Below, piece by piece: positions 37,842-53,135 of a stretch of DNA of 64,000 bases. The notes under the pieces are model-generated. The model saw only the letters and a list, made by a program, of their open reading frames with translations, was not told the DNA's origin and searched no databases. The stretch is from Phoronis australis. Taxonomy: Eukaryota > Animalia > Phoronida. The first letter of the stretch is position 1. Each line of letters starts with the position of its first letter. The stretch spans positions 1,201,556 to 1,265,555 of the forward strand of contig NMRA01000028.1 of NCBI GenBank assembly GCA_002633005.1. The letters are read 5' to 3'. The position numbers were made by a program, and so were the translations under genes.

Positions 37842-39399
37842 GCATACAGGGGAAGACAGTCGCCATATTGAACATTCTATAATGCAATGGATATGTTTAA
37901 AGTTGTCTGATACACTATCCGGTTACAGCGTTTTTCTAAACCTATGAACAGTTCATGAGAGCTCCCACTTGAACGTATAATGAAAAATAGTTATACACGG
38001 ATATAGATCACGTTCTCTTAAATGCCATTGAAAAGTGATGCGGATTACCGTTCAATAAATATGTGACAAAGAACAGTTAAAATAACTGTTGTTTCCTCAA
38101 TTTCCAATGCCAATAACTCGTTCCGCATATGCACGTTTGAAAACTGGTGTAAACCATTGTTTGTACTCGGGGGACTTTATAATGAAAAGCGACCATAATC
38201 ACCAGCCCACTAATGTAATTGAGACATGTTAATAGAATTGAAAAATATACAACATGGGTCGCGAGGACCCCCAGGCTACTGCGGCTGCTTCCCCTAAGTT
38301 CCATTGATTTACTTTGTCTACGTCTAATCGCAGTGTTGGGATCGCATTCTACTGCAAAATTTACTTCCATTAAATAAAAATATAAAACTTATAATACGGC
38401 TGACCAGTGACCAATGATGCTAATAAACACTTACAAGAGAAATGAAAATTGTAACCCTGACTGTCATAACTGAGTGTAAGTATTCATAATAATTAGCAAA
38501 TTAACATAACAACTAATATCACCTAATTATGATAAAAATAATTTAATACATAATTTCGTTGAAATGTCAAAATATAAACGTTATAAAAAGGTATTCTGTG
38601 AAGAGTTCCATTGGTGAGTTGAAATATAGGCGTCTACCTGCTTCCAAGTTCGTTAATTATACATCGTTTCATCACGCGACGATATATAGAGAACTTTGGC
38701 CAATAATCATTAACCCTCATACCCAGATATAATCACTGAATTTATAAAAACCATATTTCATTCGTGTTGTGCAAATTTTTGAACATAGATTAATAAAATT
38801 TAAAGACCAGATTGATGATTAATGTCAAGAGGGTAGAAAGCCCTGTGCACCAACAAGCGAAGTAAGTAATAGATCATTGTAACTATGGCATCTTTGTTCA
38901 GTTTAGCTGAGGGTACAGTAAGAGAAACGCGCGTTTCTAAATAGACATTAAATCTTGTAAATTAGATCTCTCAGACAGCTCGAGATAATCGAAGGAACGT
39001 CTTAGTCCAAGGCGTATCACTAGTCGCGGGAGCGATGGGTCTAAAGGGATGCAAGTGTTGGCCTGTGACTACACGCCTTACTTGTTGCCTGGTGAAGGGC
39101 GGTCACCAGGTCTTAAAAACGAAATCACACACAGTTTTTACCATCGCTAGTGTTTTCAGATTATTTTTTTATTTTTAATATCACAAATATGATTATTTTT
39201 AGTAACATTATTCGTATTGTTACTACTATAATATGACTAACGTATTACCAGTATTGATGTAATTGTATTACATTACTATACTATTACACTTTATTATATG
39301 CCATTGTGTACATCATTGTTATAATATAAAAGTCATTGTTATAATTGATGAATTGTTATCATCCTCATTAATAAAAGTTGTTGTAATTTCTTCATCTTA

Positions 39400-39495
39400 T
39401 TATTATACTAATTATCACTATGAATAATTAACATTGTCATTGTCTTTGTTATTATTACTATTATCATTATTATTATCATCAACATCGTCGTCGTC

Positions 39496-39527
<32 letters not shown>

Positions 39528-39529
39528 CA

Positions 39530-39569
<40 letters not shown>

Positions 39570-39665
39570 CATCATTAGTATTATTATTATCATTATTATT
39601 TTCGTTATTATTATTGTTATTATTATTATTGTCAATATTTTCATCATTATTATTAGTTGTATTCT
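39400..39665. repeat. Imperfect (ATT)n microsatellite with decayed upstream flank
   Basis: Directly visible. Confidence 0.95.
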
Positions 39666-42600
39666 CGTTACTATTTCGCTATGTTCAAACTATTCTACAA
39701 ACATTTATGGCGATTGCTATTGTGATTAGTGATTGTTCACGTGATTCTCAAAAATTAGGGCTTTGCGTTGTTTTCTTTCTCGTTTTTTAAATTTACGAAT
39801 ACGTATGACGTATGGTTTTCAAGGTTACACCTCGATCATCCACGCCTCAGTGCGCGCATCAACTAACTAAACACGACAACGAACATATGCTGTGAATAGC
39901 CACCTCAATAGACACAGCATAAACAGCAACAATTAACGCTGTACATGTAAGTTACGGCACAGCTTATACGTAGTCGTCACAATATCTCTAAGTACTAATA
40001 GTTCCATCTTCAAATTACGTTATCTCCATTTTGTTTGATCGTGAGATTTTAACTATTAACTCCACATTTTGCTGCGTGCAGCGTTCTTCATACTAGTGTT
40101 AATCAAGCGAAAGTAAGAAAGCCTGGACTCAGAACATGTCGTTTTCCATGACAAGTCCGTGATTAAGTGAAACGGAAAAGATATACGAGATTTGAGATGT
40201 ATGTCATTATAGTCTTCTAAGCTGTAATTCAGACTCGCTTAGATTATACTGTATAGTTTAAATCGCATTGTAATCTGAGATAAATTTCACGAGATGTTTA
40301 ATAAAACCTTTTCTGGTATACAACTGCAACCAACGACTACAATAAACGAAATAATTTTCAGAAACATCCAGTTTTCATTATTCAGACTTCAAAAAGCAAC
40401 AAATTTTGTTCAAGAATATGATGAGCTGACTAGCCGGTCATTTCTTTGCTCCACGTTTACAGAAAGTGCCCGAGAATTAGCCGCAGGATGAATTTGCTTT
40501 TAACTTTAAACTCAATCCTTCACTTGCGAGTAAACAGACAGAACAAAATTTAGATGCACATCCTACATATATGTGATACCGATAGTCAAATCGGAAACCA
40601 ACGTCTCATAGAAACGGACACAGCTTTGTTCAGATTTGCAAATATTTTTATAAGTATTTCGTTCTATATTCTAAACTTGCTTTAGTTTACTGTGTTCGAT
40701 TGAAGATAAATCCAGACGAGCTTGACGGTACTAAGAAAACAAACACGCGTTGTTATAGTTTTATATCCAGCAAAGTCTTGTGGAAAACATATTTCGGTTC
40801 CTTCATGAACCCTCTAAACAAATCAACTGCTGCGAACTCGCATTTCTCCTGTCCTCTACACACGCAACAGCACGAATAGGAGGGGAAGTGCTTGTAAAAA
40901 AAATCCTGTATCAAAAATCGAACACTGAGTGAGTCGCCCACATGCCAGGCTCTTTCACCGATGATTGAATGTGATATTATTTGTTTGCTAGTTAGATACA
41001 TCTTTTGTTCAATTTCAGTTACATACGGGTACTCCTCTAACTCTTGATACCGCTATTTCTGCTGATTTAGGCCAACAGAGTGTTTTTGCAGAATATGTTA
41101 AATTGAAAACCTTGAACAGAGCTTGGTGACATGCGATTTATAAATTTTGTAATAACGGGAGCTATCACTGGTGGTATTAGCTGAACAAAAAACTATTAAG
41201 CTATAAAGACTAGAACAGTGGTTTGATAAGTGAAAAAATAAACGCCTTTTTCGAAACTGTATGAGGCTGCTATGGACATGACATTCTAAGCAAACTAAGG
41301 CTGAATATTTGTTTTGTGAAATACGTGGCATTTTTGGTAACATGCAACTTAGTTGTAGTCTTAAAAGGACACTGGCATCATATTTTGGAGATTACTTTGA
41401 GTTGGAATAACTTCTTGAACTTATAAACTTTGACCAAAGCTATACAAGATCAAAATATGCTGTTTTGTGATTTTGTTGCAAAACTTCGCTTCGTTTCAAG
41501 AGCTTCATAATAGGTAAATGAAATCGAGGCTGCAAGGTCATCAGCTGCTGTTGCTTGGTTCCAGTGCCAATGAGGACGATATGTGCTGCTGATTAAAGAC
41601 TGTATAAAAACGGGCTACTTTTCTGACTGTATGCAAGAGAAAGGGGAAAAGCCGAAGCACATTACAGGAGTTACGTCTCTAAAATTAGAATTTGGAATGA
41701 TCTTCCCTGGACTGCCGTGCGAGACGAGTTGAACTTTTCCAGAATTGTCGACAGCGATCGCTCGGTTAGGCAGCTGGCTCTTCAGCAAACAAGTCGAAGG
41801 TCCTGCTTAGTTTGATAGACTTTAAACGTAAACCAAGAAAAGTTTTCGAAAATCTTGCCATGTTTCCAGTACATCACTTCTTGGCTGAGTCTCGAATTTT
41901 CAGATGATCTCGGGCAGTTGGCATAATTTATACAAAACCTTCTTTTCTAAAGACCAAATCCGTTTTGAAATGCCCGATAATATGATAAATACAACTGCTA
42001 ACGTATACACTTTTTGGAGAAGAGGGAATAACTATGTCGGGTAAACTGAGATGGCGTAATCAGGGTTATTTTAGAAAAACGAGGTTATGGGTGAATTGAC
42101 CGACACGATCTCACGTGTATGGGTAAATTTGAAGGATAAATTGGCCATGTTATTTTGTTGTACGCCAATGGCGCTCCTAAAATTATCCTCGAAGGTCACG
42201 TGATTAAACTGTGGGTAAGTCTAGGGTTAGTGACCTCGCAGATTTTTGCAAAAATAGAAGCAAAAATATCTCGTAGGTAAATTGGAATACTTTTTATGAA
42301 AATCTCCGAAAACTGTTAGAGTTTGGTTTGGAGGTAAACTTGTGTGATTCTGAGCAACTCATCGTCGCCGATTTGTGTAAGTCAATGAGATTTGCTAAAA
42401 AATACACCAAAATGTAACATTGTACAACTTTTCACCAAACCCTCACTTCGAGTTTTACTCCTGTCGTTTTATGGGAATGACAACCTAAATTGACTTAAAT
42501 TGATTTCATGTGATCAAAATTAGTTTCCAACAGATATTCATTTATTGAGAGTCAATTAATAAATTAATCAGAGATGGCAAAACATCTTTATAATGTCTTT

Positions 42601-43009
42601 AAATTGTAATCAAAGACGATTGCCTGGAATACTACACGTGTCTGGTTGACGGATGACATCTCGCTAGTGTGTCAAGTCGAGGCTGATGCACACTAACGAG
42701 CTTCTCCGAGAATAACGCAATTAGCTTCGCCCAATTTCAAATTAATCAGTCTTGTGAAATTGCGTTTATCATCATTTGTCAGTAATCCATTTATGAATGT
42801 CATTATGCCGCCAGATTTCATGTTCAGCTGTAGTATGACGTTGACTTTAACGTGTGGCATGGAGCGATGATACTGTTAGGTGACAGATGAGAGCCAATCT
42901 TTTAATTAGACATCACTTTCCACTCATATTGTACACTAATGAAGGAAGATGAGGGGGGGGGCTGGATCCTCAAACACTCTCTCTTGAACAACACCGTACT
43001 GTGTGCACC

Positions 43010-43510
43010 ACCTCGGGGGTTCACCAGTAGAAGAGGTATACGGGACGTGCCGCTCAGAAGGGTGACTTTATCACAACCAATTTCCCTTCGAAAGGGTGCA
43101 TTTTCTGACAAAATTCCTTGCAAAAGAGTTCACTTTGGGAATTCTAAACACTAGAAACAGGTTCCCTTTTCAAATAAACACAGAGTCTTCAATATTGGGA
43201 ATATTTTATTTGTAAACATAATAGTGGATTATTTTTTTGTCATATAGCATATCGTGTAACGTCTTTTACTGTTTCACGCATAATAGGTTAAAAATCCATC
43301 TGTCCAAGAATGATTACGGATGTGCTAGGTTTATGATATTAACCCATGCAAAAGGGTGATGTTCCTGGTATAAAACCATACGAAAGGGTACATTTTACAC
43401 TCAAGCTCCTTCCAAATGCGTTTCCCTTGACCGACCACTTTCTAAAGGGTTAGATATTGTTCCGCTGCACCACCTCAAACATCCAGTCGAGTACCTAGTG
43501 GCACCACCCC
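43010..43510 (+). mobile_element. Possible EnSpm/CACTA-like non-autonomous element
   Basis: cgggggt...ggtatacgggacgtgccgc start, internal AAAGGGT repeats, gagtacc...cccc end; resemblance only. Confidence 0.35.
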
Positions 43511-43656
43511 TCTCACAGTACTGTTTCCGCCCTTCTCTTGTCGACAGGTTGTTTTTTACCCCGGCAACACCTCAAGCAATACAAAACACACTTAGTCCCC
43601 ATAATGAAGAAATAGTAATATACTACCCACGAATGCCAGTTAATAACACCTCATAG

Positions 43657-43927
43657 TTTAAAACGACTTTTAACTCGTGCTTTCTGTCAAAAAACGAGTT
43701 TTGATTTAGGCTCCACATTGTCATAAAATTCGTCTTGTTTAGTTACTGTCTCGGTTTAGAAGTGATTTCTTACGATGAAGTTAATAAAATTTCAACTGTA
43801 AGTTTTCCAAGCCCATAAATCACATTTATTTTGACTAAGGAACATTTGAGATCAATTCCCTGACGCTAAGTGGCCTAAATCAAAACTCGGTTATTAACAG
43901 AAAGCACGTGCTTGAAGCCGCTTCAAC
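43657..43927. mobile_element. Foldback MITE-like inverted repeat
   Basis: cgtgctttctgtcaaaaaacgagttttgatttaggc (43676) is inverted with gcctaaatcaaaactcggttattaacagaaagcacg (to 43908). Confidence 0.7.
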
Positions 43928-46900
43928 CGGCACCTCGTGCTTAGGCAAACGCGCGTACGTCATAATCGTGTCACAAGGGAATTTTTGGCAAAATAACAAG
44001 AGCATATGCCACAATCGTGTCAGCCCACTATTGTACTGCAAAATAACGCGATAGTCATGGAAATAAAACGTTCTCTGATGACGAGGTGTTGATTACCTCA
44101 CAAACATAAAAGACAGGTTTCACCGACAGGCATCACCATAACCGTCAGGCGACAATTATTGGTAAACTTTTTGTCTATCTGGAAAACAAATGTCTACATA
44201 AAAAGATAGAAAAAGTATGCGTATCGACTAAAAACTCGTAGTTGTTAGAGTGAGGTCAGATTAACCAGTTTCTATCGGGAAACACATCTTTACAAAGGGT
44301 TTAACACGATCTCCCACTTTACCCCACGAGAACACTTTGAATTGCAATATCCGCATAATTAAGAAAAGACAAAAACCCATGAGAAATTAACAAAGACTAC
44401 CAGAGGCGCGACTCCCTGATTTCTTGGCACAGCAGGTCATGTTTCCCTCAGAGCCACGCTTTATCATAACTGGCGGACATGAATCGCGCAAATCTTATGC
44501 ACTTTGGGAGAGAAAATATATGATATCTGTGCGCTGAGTCTTTCAACGAATCAATTTTCTTGATTGCGCTTTTACAAAACAATTTCCGCAATAATTTCAC
44601 TAACATTTTCGTTACAAAGACGCCCGGTTGCTCGCAACTTCCTCCCAAGACAATCGTAGTATCGTCGCATTCGATCGTCCACAGAGACAGTGTATACAGT
44701 CGACAGTTTAAAATCTCTAAATTACAGAATTGCTTGAAATATTCCGCCAGCTTTGATTGCTTGTCGATCACTTAGAGAAGCGATCTCCCTCAGGTAATTG
44801 CAGTTATAGATTTTGTTGCGTACCTGACGATCACTAATTTATGACCGTGGCCATGGAAACAACCAACTTAGCAGGTATTCCTCAAAATAAAATGTAACTA
44901 ACAGATGAAACCATTACGTAAGGACTTGCTTCTTATCGAAGTTTCGTTTCGATAATACTTAAACGCAAAATACAATAGTTCTTATTTACGCAAGTTCTTT
45001 ACCAATTACAAGACTTGATCATTTTAAATTTATTATAGTAAAACGTCTACAACATGGTTTTCTGGTTGAAAATCTACTTTAATCCATCAGATTCAGTTTG
45101 CAACGAATAACACACGGTCCGTGCTTTGACGGAGTTGGTTGATAAAATGCGACACAGTTCGTGTTGTGGGTCTACTATTTATCATATGTAACACGGTCTG
45201 TGTAATACTGGAAATAGTTAAGAACATAAGAATGTTCATGTTATTCCGAAATCAGTTGGAAGCTTGAGGTATTTTTCTGGCAACATTAGTAAATACAGTT
45301 CCACTTATCATCGTGAAGTGAGGATATTAAATCATTGGTGCTGGTGATGACGTCAGTGTACTGCCAAGAGTGACAAGGTGTGTAAATTCGCAGCAGTGTT
45401 GAGGGATGCCCTTGTCTGTTTTGTAATCAGGTGAATCGCGCAAATAGTGCGGGCGGTTTCGAAGCTTAATTTGCGTCTTGGTTTTCGTTTCACCGTGTAG
45501 GCAGCGCGTGAATCTCGTGTTGTCTTTTGACGTCACGCCCTAAAGAACCCAAAGGACGTCACGGCTGGAAAATAAAACAAATGCACATTAGTTTCATTGT
45601 TTGGTTCGACAAATGAAAGAAGTAAAGTGCGCATTGGCTCAAGCTAAACCTTTTTGACTTAATAAGTTGAACAAAAGCTGTAGCTGAATGCGAGCTCGTC
45701 ATCGGCTAAATAAGCATGAAATTCGTTGTCCGAAGGGACCAAAGTTTTATTGCACAAATCGCCAGAGAATTGAACGGATACTGTTATGGCAGGTGAAAAA
45801 TACATGAGGGCCATTCTTTGGAGTCAGTCTCTCGACAGTTGCAGCATAGGTTAATTACCCCAGGAGAGCAGCCGCACAGTTCTGTTGTTCTACGGTTTTT
45901 CTCGCTTATTTATGAAATATTTATCCGATCTAAGAGGAATAACACCCTTTCAGGGCAAATGCAGTTACGATATAATGGAATTTTATATATTATTACTCAG
46001 TTCAGTGTCTAGCATTTAATTTGAGTTTCACCGCGAATTTTCGGCAATGATTACCTTCAATAAACACAAAAACATGCGTGAAGTCGATTACTGCACCGGC
46101 GGCAATTGTCTACTAGTTTCACGATATTGCTAATTCACGGTTAACGAGCAAAGCTGCTTGCTTATATTGCGAGACATTTCACCAACGCGTCTAGCTGGAT
46201 TATTCATGAACTGTGTCAAAAATAATATTTACAAACCAACGCAAACCTATCTAGGAAAGACATCAACACAATAACTAGAAAACATCAAAATCAGTTTCAT
46301 TGTTTTGGTTCCGTGAACTAGATTGTTCTTCACGAAAGGTCGCCAGGGGGTCTTACAGAGGTTTCACAAATCACATTCACTGTACGCAAAAGAAAACAAA
46401 AAGCTGCTGGTGATCCATTCAATTTGAGATTGTATTTCGTTACGGAGATGTAGGCCTATAATAACACTTCCGTCATCATGAAATATCATATTTTTTTGTA
46501 AAAAGGCCAAAGAGTAACTTGCAGTTAAATTTAAATATGATAAAACCTTGTGTTTTAAATTTCGATCGATTTTGAATTTTTGGGAGTTGAAACTAGACAA
46601 AAATTTGCAAGTTTCCATAGTTTCAAAACTTTCCAGCAAACCTTGTCTATTCTTAATCGACAAAATAACTGTTGATGAAAGTAGGCGGTCCTACGACCAC
46701 GAGTTTTCTGTAGGCATTGGTTAGATGTTCCACGCTCACTGTTAGAGAATACAAGGGAAGTCAGCTTCGGAGATGTATGTGCAACAGGATGGAAGACCAA
46801 CATTCTTTTCGATCTATTACAAACAAAATGCGCTTTAATTTGAATTTTGACCGTCTTGTTCGCCACACCCGGTTTAAGCAGCGTTACATTTACTATTGAT

Positions 46901-49900
46901 CTTTAGTTGTGATACAATGAGAGATAAGATACGTGAGAATGACAACATAGAAGGACGAGGTACGAAGATAACAGGGAGTAAAAAATCTACAGAATATTAT
47001 TACGGAATTGGATAAATTATTATTTTGGGATTCAATTCAACCACCATGTTTATAACGCCGACAATAAGGATTTGAATCTGATGTTGATTTTACAAAACTA
47101 CTAGTATACACTAAGAGAATAAGTACTTTAAACGCCGGAATTTTACTCGTGTTACAGTGAAAATTGCAACGCTAAACAATACCGTTTTCATTTTGCTTAA
47201 TTCCTGGAATATAAGCAAAACAATTGTTTTTGGGATAACTGATTTCCTTTTTGAGCTATCGCAATTATTAGCTTTTATCAGACGTAAATTAGAAACTGAC
47301 AAACCCTTATTTGCTGAGCCACTAGTCGTCTTTTTAATTCCAGTATAGTTAGCGAGCACGAGCAAATACTCAAATTTCCCAACATGCCATGCAGATCACA
47401 TGATTTGCACTATATCCTAAGATTTCCCGCTGTCAATTTATCGACTTCATTATTTTATGTTATTTCCTTTCCATAACTCAGTTTTTACTCCCAGGTGACA
47501 ACGCGCGCCGACCTGTTCCTTCCGGTAAAAATGGCATTACTTTTGACCTATCACTCTTATCGACAGTTGAAAGTGCATTTGGCAAAAAAAAAAAACCCGG
47601 GACAATATAAATACGTCGTTACCAGTTCGTTTTGATTCACTTTCAAAAATGAAACAGTAAGCAGATTCCAATTCTCGAACCCTTTAAAAAAGCTTGGCAG
47701 AAAGGATTCAATCCATTTACACCCATTTTCAAACGCTGAAAATTTTGATCCTGATAATTTTTGTTTTACGTTAAGGATAAATCACAGACTCCCCCAACTG
47801 GGTTTGATGGCGGTTACAGAGTTCATAAAAGTACTGCTGTAGACAAAGTTTAAATAGCACTGTATTCACTCCAATTGTGTGCTTATGCTCAGGGAAGCGG
47901 AACATTTCGCCGTGGACAACGCTAGCACTAACAGCTGCACAACATCGACTTTGTTTAGGTTGCCATAGCTACGTCTAAGCACAATTTAGGTCATCTATCA
48001 GCAACTTTACTGGATATAGACCTTAAATTTATACTAAACCTCAAGTCTACATAAACAGATTGAAAAATACTCTCACATTATTAAACAAATGACATTTCAC
48101 AAAAAAACATCATCAGGGATTACGAGCTCTTTAGTTGTGGAGGTATTTTAAGTCATCATACGTTAGCGATGTTTCACTGCACAAATTTACAAAATATGAT
48201 GCATTACGAAAAAAATAATTACCATTTCTTGACGGATCTCATTTAAAGACATACCAAGTCAAATAAGTGAAAAATAGTGTCTTTATCAAATTTAGATGTA
48301 GCATTAGTTCATATAATTTGTTGCCTTTTCAAACCTATGCTTCTTTGTTCACGTTTGAAGGCCCAACGGAACGTTTTGTATGAAAGTACTGAAAACACTA
48401 TCAGGTAAAATAAAGAGATATGTCTTTTTTCGTTCAATCCGTACCTAGACTCTACGTCAATGTGGTTATGCAACAAGTGTTTGTTTGTTCCGGTTAAACG
48501 CCCCGTGCTAACTCCGTTGTCACGCCTTCAAACTCTTCACATATATATCGTAAACTTACATTACGCACAAGTCACTTAGACAAGTCAGCTCGAACGTAGG
48601 CCGGTGCTGATATGCAGACCAAGTCTATGTACCAAAAACACAACTGAAATTCAAAAATCTATTACGTGTTCATGATATGGAATAGTTTTACGTGCTTCAC
48701 ATGTGAAAGACAAATTTGCTTCACAAAAGTGATTTAAACTGAGAATGTCCGACGTCAGATCTACTGGTATATGATTCCATAAGCTGCAGTGATAACAAAC
48801 ACATAACGGACCAGAAGTTTCTAATATCCCGCAGGTCAACCAGATGTACTTGTGTACTTCCTAAGGAGATATACAAGTAGATCAAAGCACAATAAAGTGT
48901 TCTCTAACACAAAAAGCTATTTCTCATAGCACAGTATCAGGCATCGGTTTATTATTCTGTGTTTATCGCATATAACAGCTTGATTTTGTTGATAAATCTC
49001 TAAAACAGTTTTATAAATTTTTAGCGACAAGTAAACAGAATAAAGCAGTTGCTTATTCGCTGTATTTATAGAACTGTGGTAGACGCGAGTGATTGTTTCT
49101 AACTTATAAATCTATCGGCTTACGGCGCACTACGAATGGTTGAAGCTCTCGACTGCACAGCGCGCGCTCATTAAGCCAAGGTCCTCGTGCTCCACTTGAA
49201 ACACTTGAGCTTCTATNTCATCAGTGTTTACATTGTTCGGACTGCGCTCCTAAGTAAGTATTGATTATTCACCGCTTGGAGCGCTAGTGTTTCGACCGGT
49301 AACCATTGCGGCGAATGGTAAAATGGCGGAGTGAACTCTCCTATACTCGTACACTCCTTGCTTCTATTGTCTCAAAATCAGTCGCGAAACACTCGGTGAT
49401 TTCACGATGAAGTGAACGTGAAGAAATCACTAGGATCTCCACTCCTAGTCATGTCATCCATGCAAGCGTTTGTTTCATTCGCAAGCAGTCGAGCGATTCC
49501 CACAATACTTTAAGCGACGTTGGCTTGCCTGTCATTTGAAATGCAAATTTAACCAAAATTCGGTAATAACAATTGTACTTAACTTTAGATCGTGCTGTGA
49601 CGTTATAGTACATTAAAAAAATTCAAAATTGACAATAAACGTCACGGTGCAAGGCAACAAGTATAAATATTTTTACAATTTTGTTTTTTTTGCTTGAAGA
49701 AAATTGAAAAAAGCATGACATGCATTCTGCTGTCGAAACCATCTACCATACCAACTTTCGATTATTGTTGACCGAATAACGCGTACGCAGTTTGACGGTA
49801 TAACTTTTCAAACAACAAAACATTCAAACTGGTTGTTTGTATACAGTACAAAGATTGCCGTTACTTGACCCATACGTGACCTTTTAGTGAGAAAAAACAG

Positions 49901-50864
49901 TATTTCATGTGTTCAAATAACAAGTAAATATAATAGTAAATTTGACAGGCACAGATAGCTTCCATTGACCATGCAAAAACGCAGTTGGGTTGGTGAGTGA
50001 ATGCGCTGTTAGAATAAAAACATGAAACTACTTCTTCAGGAATAATAGCACTGTGGGGCTGATCTCATAAAACCTCTTTTCTAGCCGGTAATGCCACTTA
50101 AGAGCGTAAGAGTTAATGAATGAGATGTGAATTTGTTGAGGACCCTCGTAGAAAACAAAGCTCAGCGTTGAAGAAGCTAGCCACGTAGTAAATCTTAAAA
50201 AGTACGTTCTGCATCCCTGTGAATACGTTTGTACGTTCTACACCCCTGTGAATTCGCCTGTAAGCGACATCATAAAGTGATGGTTGCTCGGAGGCGACTT
50301 TGCCGCACCAAGACCTCGACGAGGGATGAAAAAAACGAGTGGAAAGCGACATGCGTTGTACGGTTTGTGTGAAACATGTAAAAAGACCAGAGACGGTGCT
50401 GCATTTGAGGCATATTTTGGGGCAAAATTTCCTGTTTCTGTCTGTTTCCAGTCCCTCCCATCACGTTGTTAGACGGGCTCAAATATTTCTAAGAACAAGT
50501 TTGGTGAGAGACGACCTTCATATTGTAGAATGCTTTAAACGTTACCCACTCGCTTTCTTCGATTTCAAGATCATACTGAGAACTATAGACACCAAGATAA
50601 TTATCACCAGTTTCTCAAGAATTTCGAAAGAGTATTATAAATTGAGAACATGTAGATTTTATGATCTTTATATTCGTACACTACGGAAATTTCCAGAGTG
50701 TGTCTTCGAAACCAGAATCAAACTGGGTAGGAACCGGCAAAGCGTAGTACAATGACTCCTTGGAGGATGTCGCAATCGAGACATTTTAGACATTTAGGCC
50801 CCCTTCCGCAGACCGTTTCAGTCTCAAGACGTGAATACGGGCGTGGACGTTCTGGGAGTGAGTG

Positions 50865-52998
50865 TCATCGTGTGCATGTCAAGTGAGAGTATTAGGACCA
50901 AGTTATTAATGAAATCATATCTAACGGAAAACTCTCTGGAAAATCATAAAAACATTTTTACCTAAAGAGTCCAGGTTTGTCGCAAATGACTTACTAGTTG
51001 GTGATGACGTTGTTTCGGCCAAAGGAAAATAGCAAATGCATGTAATGACTTTTTTACTGGCATTGGACAAAAAGTTGCAGAAAATTCAGACAACTATTGA
51101 GCTCCCGCCCAAGGTACAGGAGGGAATATCATTTAAGTTTCAGGACATTCAATTTGACTACATCAGAGAATAAATAAGAACTCTAAGCTCCAGTAAGGCC
51201 AGTGGCATCGATAGCATTGGTGCCAAACTATTAAAACTGGCGTCTCGGCAAATAGCCCAGTCCCTTACCAATATCATGAATTTAAGTTTAAAAACGGACC
51301 CAATTCCTAATGAATGGAAGATGGCGGTTCTCAAGTCTGTTTTAAAAACGGTGATCAGACCAGGTGCGAGAATTATAGACCAATATCGGTCCTCCCTGCA
51401 GTGTCCAAAATTCTTGAAAGGTGTGTCCAAAAGCAGCTTCACCAGTTCCTGGAGGAAAATTCCCTTCTATCGACAGCGCAGTCTGGTTTCCGCCTCCTGC
51501 ATTTTACTCTGACTACAAACATTCACGCAACTGACTTAATCTTTAACAATATGGATCAGGGAAAGGTTACCGGTGCTGTTTTTGTTGACCTTATGAGAAC
51601 CTTTGATTCTGTGGACCATGGTATTCTATTACAGAAGCTAGAGTCCTATGGAGTTAAAGATAACGAATTCCTTTGGTTTAAAAACTACTTAAACGACCGT
51701 AAACAGGATACCAAATACGGTGGTATTCTTTCTGACTACTCAACCATTATCACAGACGTATCTCAGGGTTCCATTCTGGACCCTTTATTATTCATTATTT
51801 TGTAAACGATCTCCCCACTTTCCTCCACAACAGTGTCACAGTTTTATATGCTGATCACACTGCAATTATGTCCACTGCTGGATCAGTAAAAGAGCTTGAA
51901 ACTTCTTTTAACGATGAGCTAGTCCTTATCCATGACTGGCTGATTCAAAATAAACTCACTCTTAACGTTATTAAAACCAAGTCTATGCTGTTAGGAATCC
52001 ACCAGAACTTAAGAGAACATAAACTGTCTCTTTCTACTAACGGTTCCCCTATTGAGAGTGTCGACAAGTTTAGTACTTGGGCCCTATTTTAGATCCCAAC
52101 CTTAAATTTAATATGCACATAGATCACATCACAAAAATAGTCAAAGAAATTCGGTGTACTTAATCGTCCACGTAAATTTCTCAATGTCAGCACTCTTAAG
52201 AAACTTTATCATTCTATTATTCAATCCCATATTGATTACTGTTTACCGGTTTGGAGATATACCAGTGACACGCATGTAAGCAAAGTCCAAGTAATCCAAA
52301 ATAGAGAAGCCAGGGCTATCCTGGGTACTAGAACTAGGGACACCCGGGTCGACGACTTGTACTCCAAGCTTGGATTTATGAATGTAAAACAAAGAAATAA
52401 ATATCTCTCTGCCTGCTGCATGTACAGATGTGTCAATGGCTTGGTTCCAGCAAATCTCAGCCGCAAATTCAGTAGCAGTCAAGCTATATACTCTACACGT
52501 GCTTCGGTTGATGGTAATGTTTCTTTTAAAAAAAATTAAAACTGAGACCGGCAAGAGATCTTTTATTTATGCTGCTACTGCAATATGAAAATCTCTGAGC
52601 CCAGAAATTAATTGGTCCGATTCAATTAATACTTTCAAACTTAACATTAAAAAGTGGCTTTAATTTAGTTAATACACATTCTTACACCTTACCTGTCTTA
52701 GTTATGTCATTTTCATTACTGTAAATACGCTCACAATTTAATATAATCATTTTTATGTAATTTCATGTTTCTTGGTCGAATTTTCACCATCCCTTGTCAT
52801 TTATTTATTATCTAAACTCTCAACCTGTTTTAATCATTTCTTTGTTACATGTATAATAATTTTTTTATTACTTTATTGTATTATATTATTGGTTTATATT
52901 TTGCTGTTGAGGTCCCTCTTGGAAAGCAGTGCTGTCACTGAAGAGGTCACCCTCATTTTAAATATTACAATAAATAAATAAATAAATAAATAAATAAA
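50865..52998 (+). mobile_element. 5'-truncated, frameshifted LINE (CR1/L2 group, Crack/Daphne-like): RT domain, 3' UTR and (TAAA)n tail
   Basis: NYRPISVLPAVSKILER, QSGFR, FVDL..FDSVDH, QGSIL.PLLF, YAD(H)T motifs; tail 52969-52998. Confidence 0.93.
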
Positions 52999-53002
52999 AT
53001 AT

Positions 53003-53135
53003 AATTAAAGACTGACACAGTGATTGGGTGAGGTAATTTCGTATACATCGGATGTTATATAAACTGTACGAAGCTTTGCTATACTCAACAGTAATCTGCT
53101 GCTCTATGGAGCAGTTTTCGTCTAAATGAACACTT
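53003..53135 (-). mobile_element. L2-type LINE ORF2 fragment
   Basis: VHLDENCSIEQQI...KASYSLYNIRCIRNYLT matches the L2 LGVxLD...HI...LxNIxRIRxYLT pattern. Confidence 0.65.

Noticed and set aside
39408-39790. Poly-Ile/Leu membrane-like ORFs
   Set aside because: Translations of the (ATT)n microsatellite
41361-42603. Possible TTAA-flanked DNA transposon
   Set aside because: The putative ends (ttaaaaggacac / aatgtctttaa) share too little inverted identity to call
50113-50755. Cluster of 60-138-aa ORFs upstream of the LINE as ORF1 or a gene
   Set aside because: No domain similarity, no splice-consistent model, and the LINE appears truncated within ORF2
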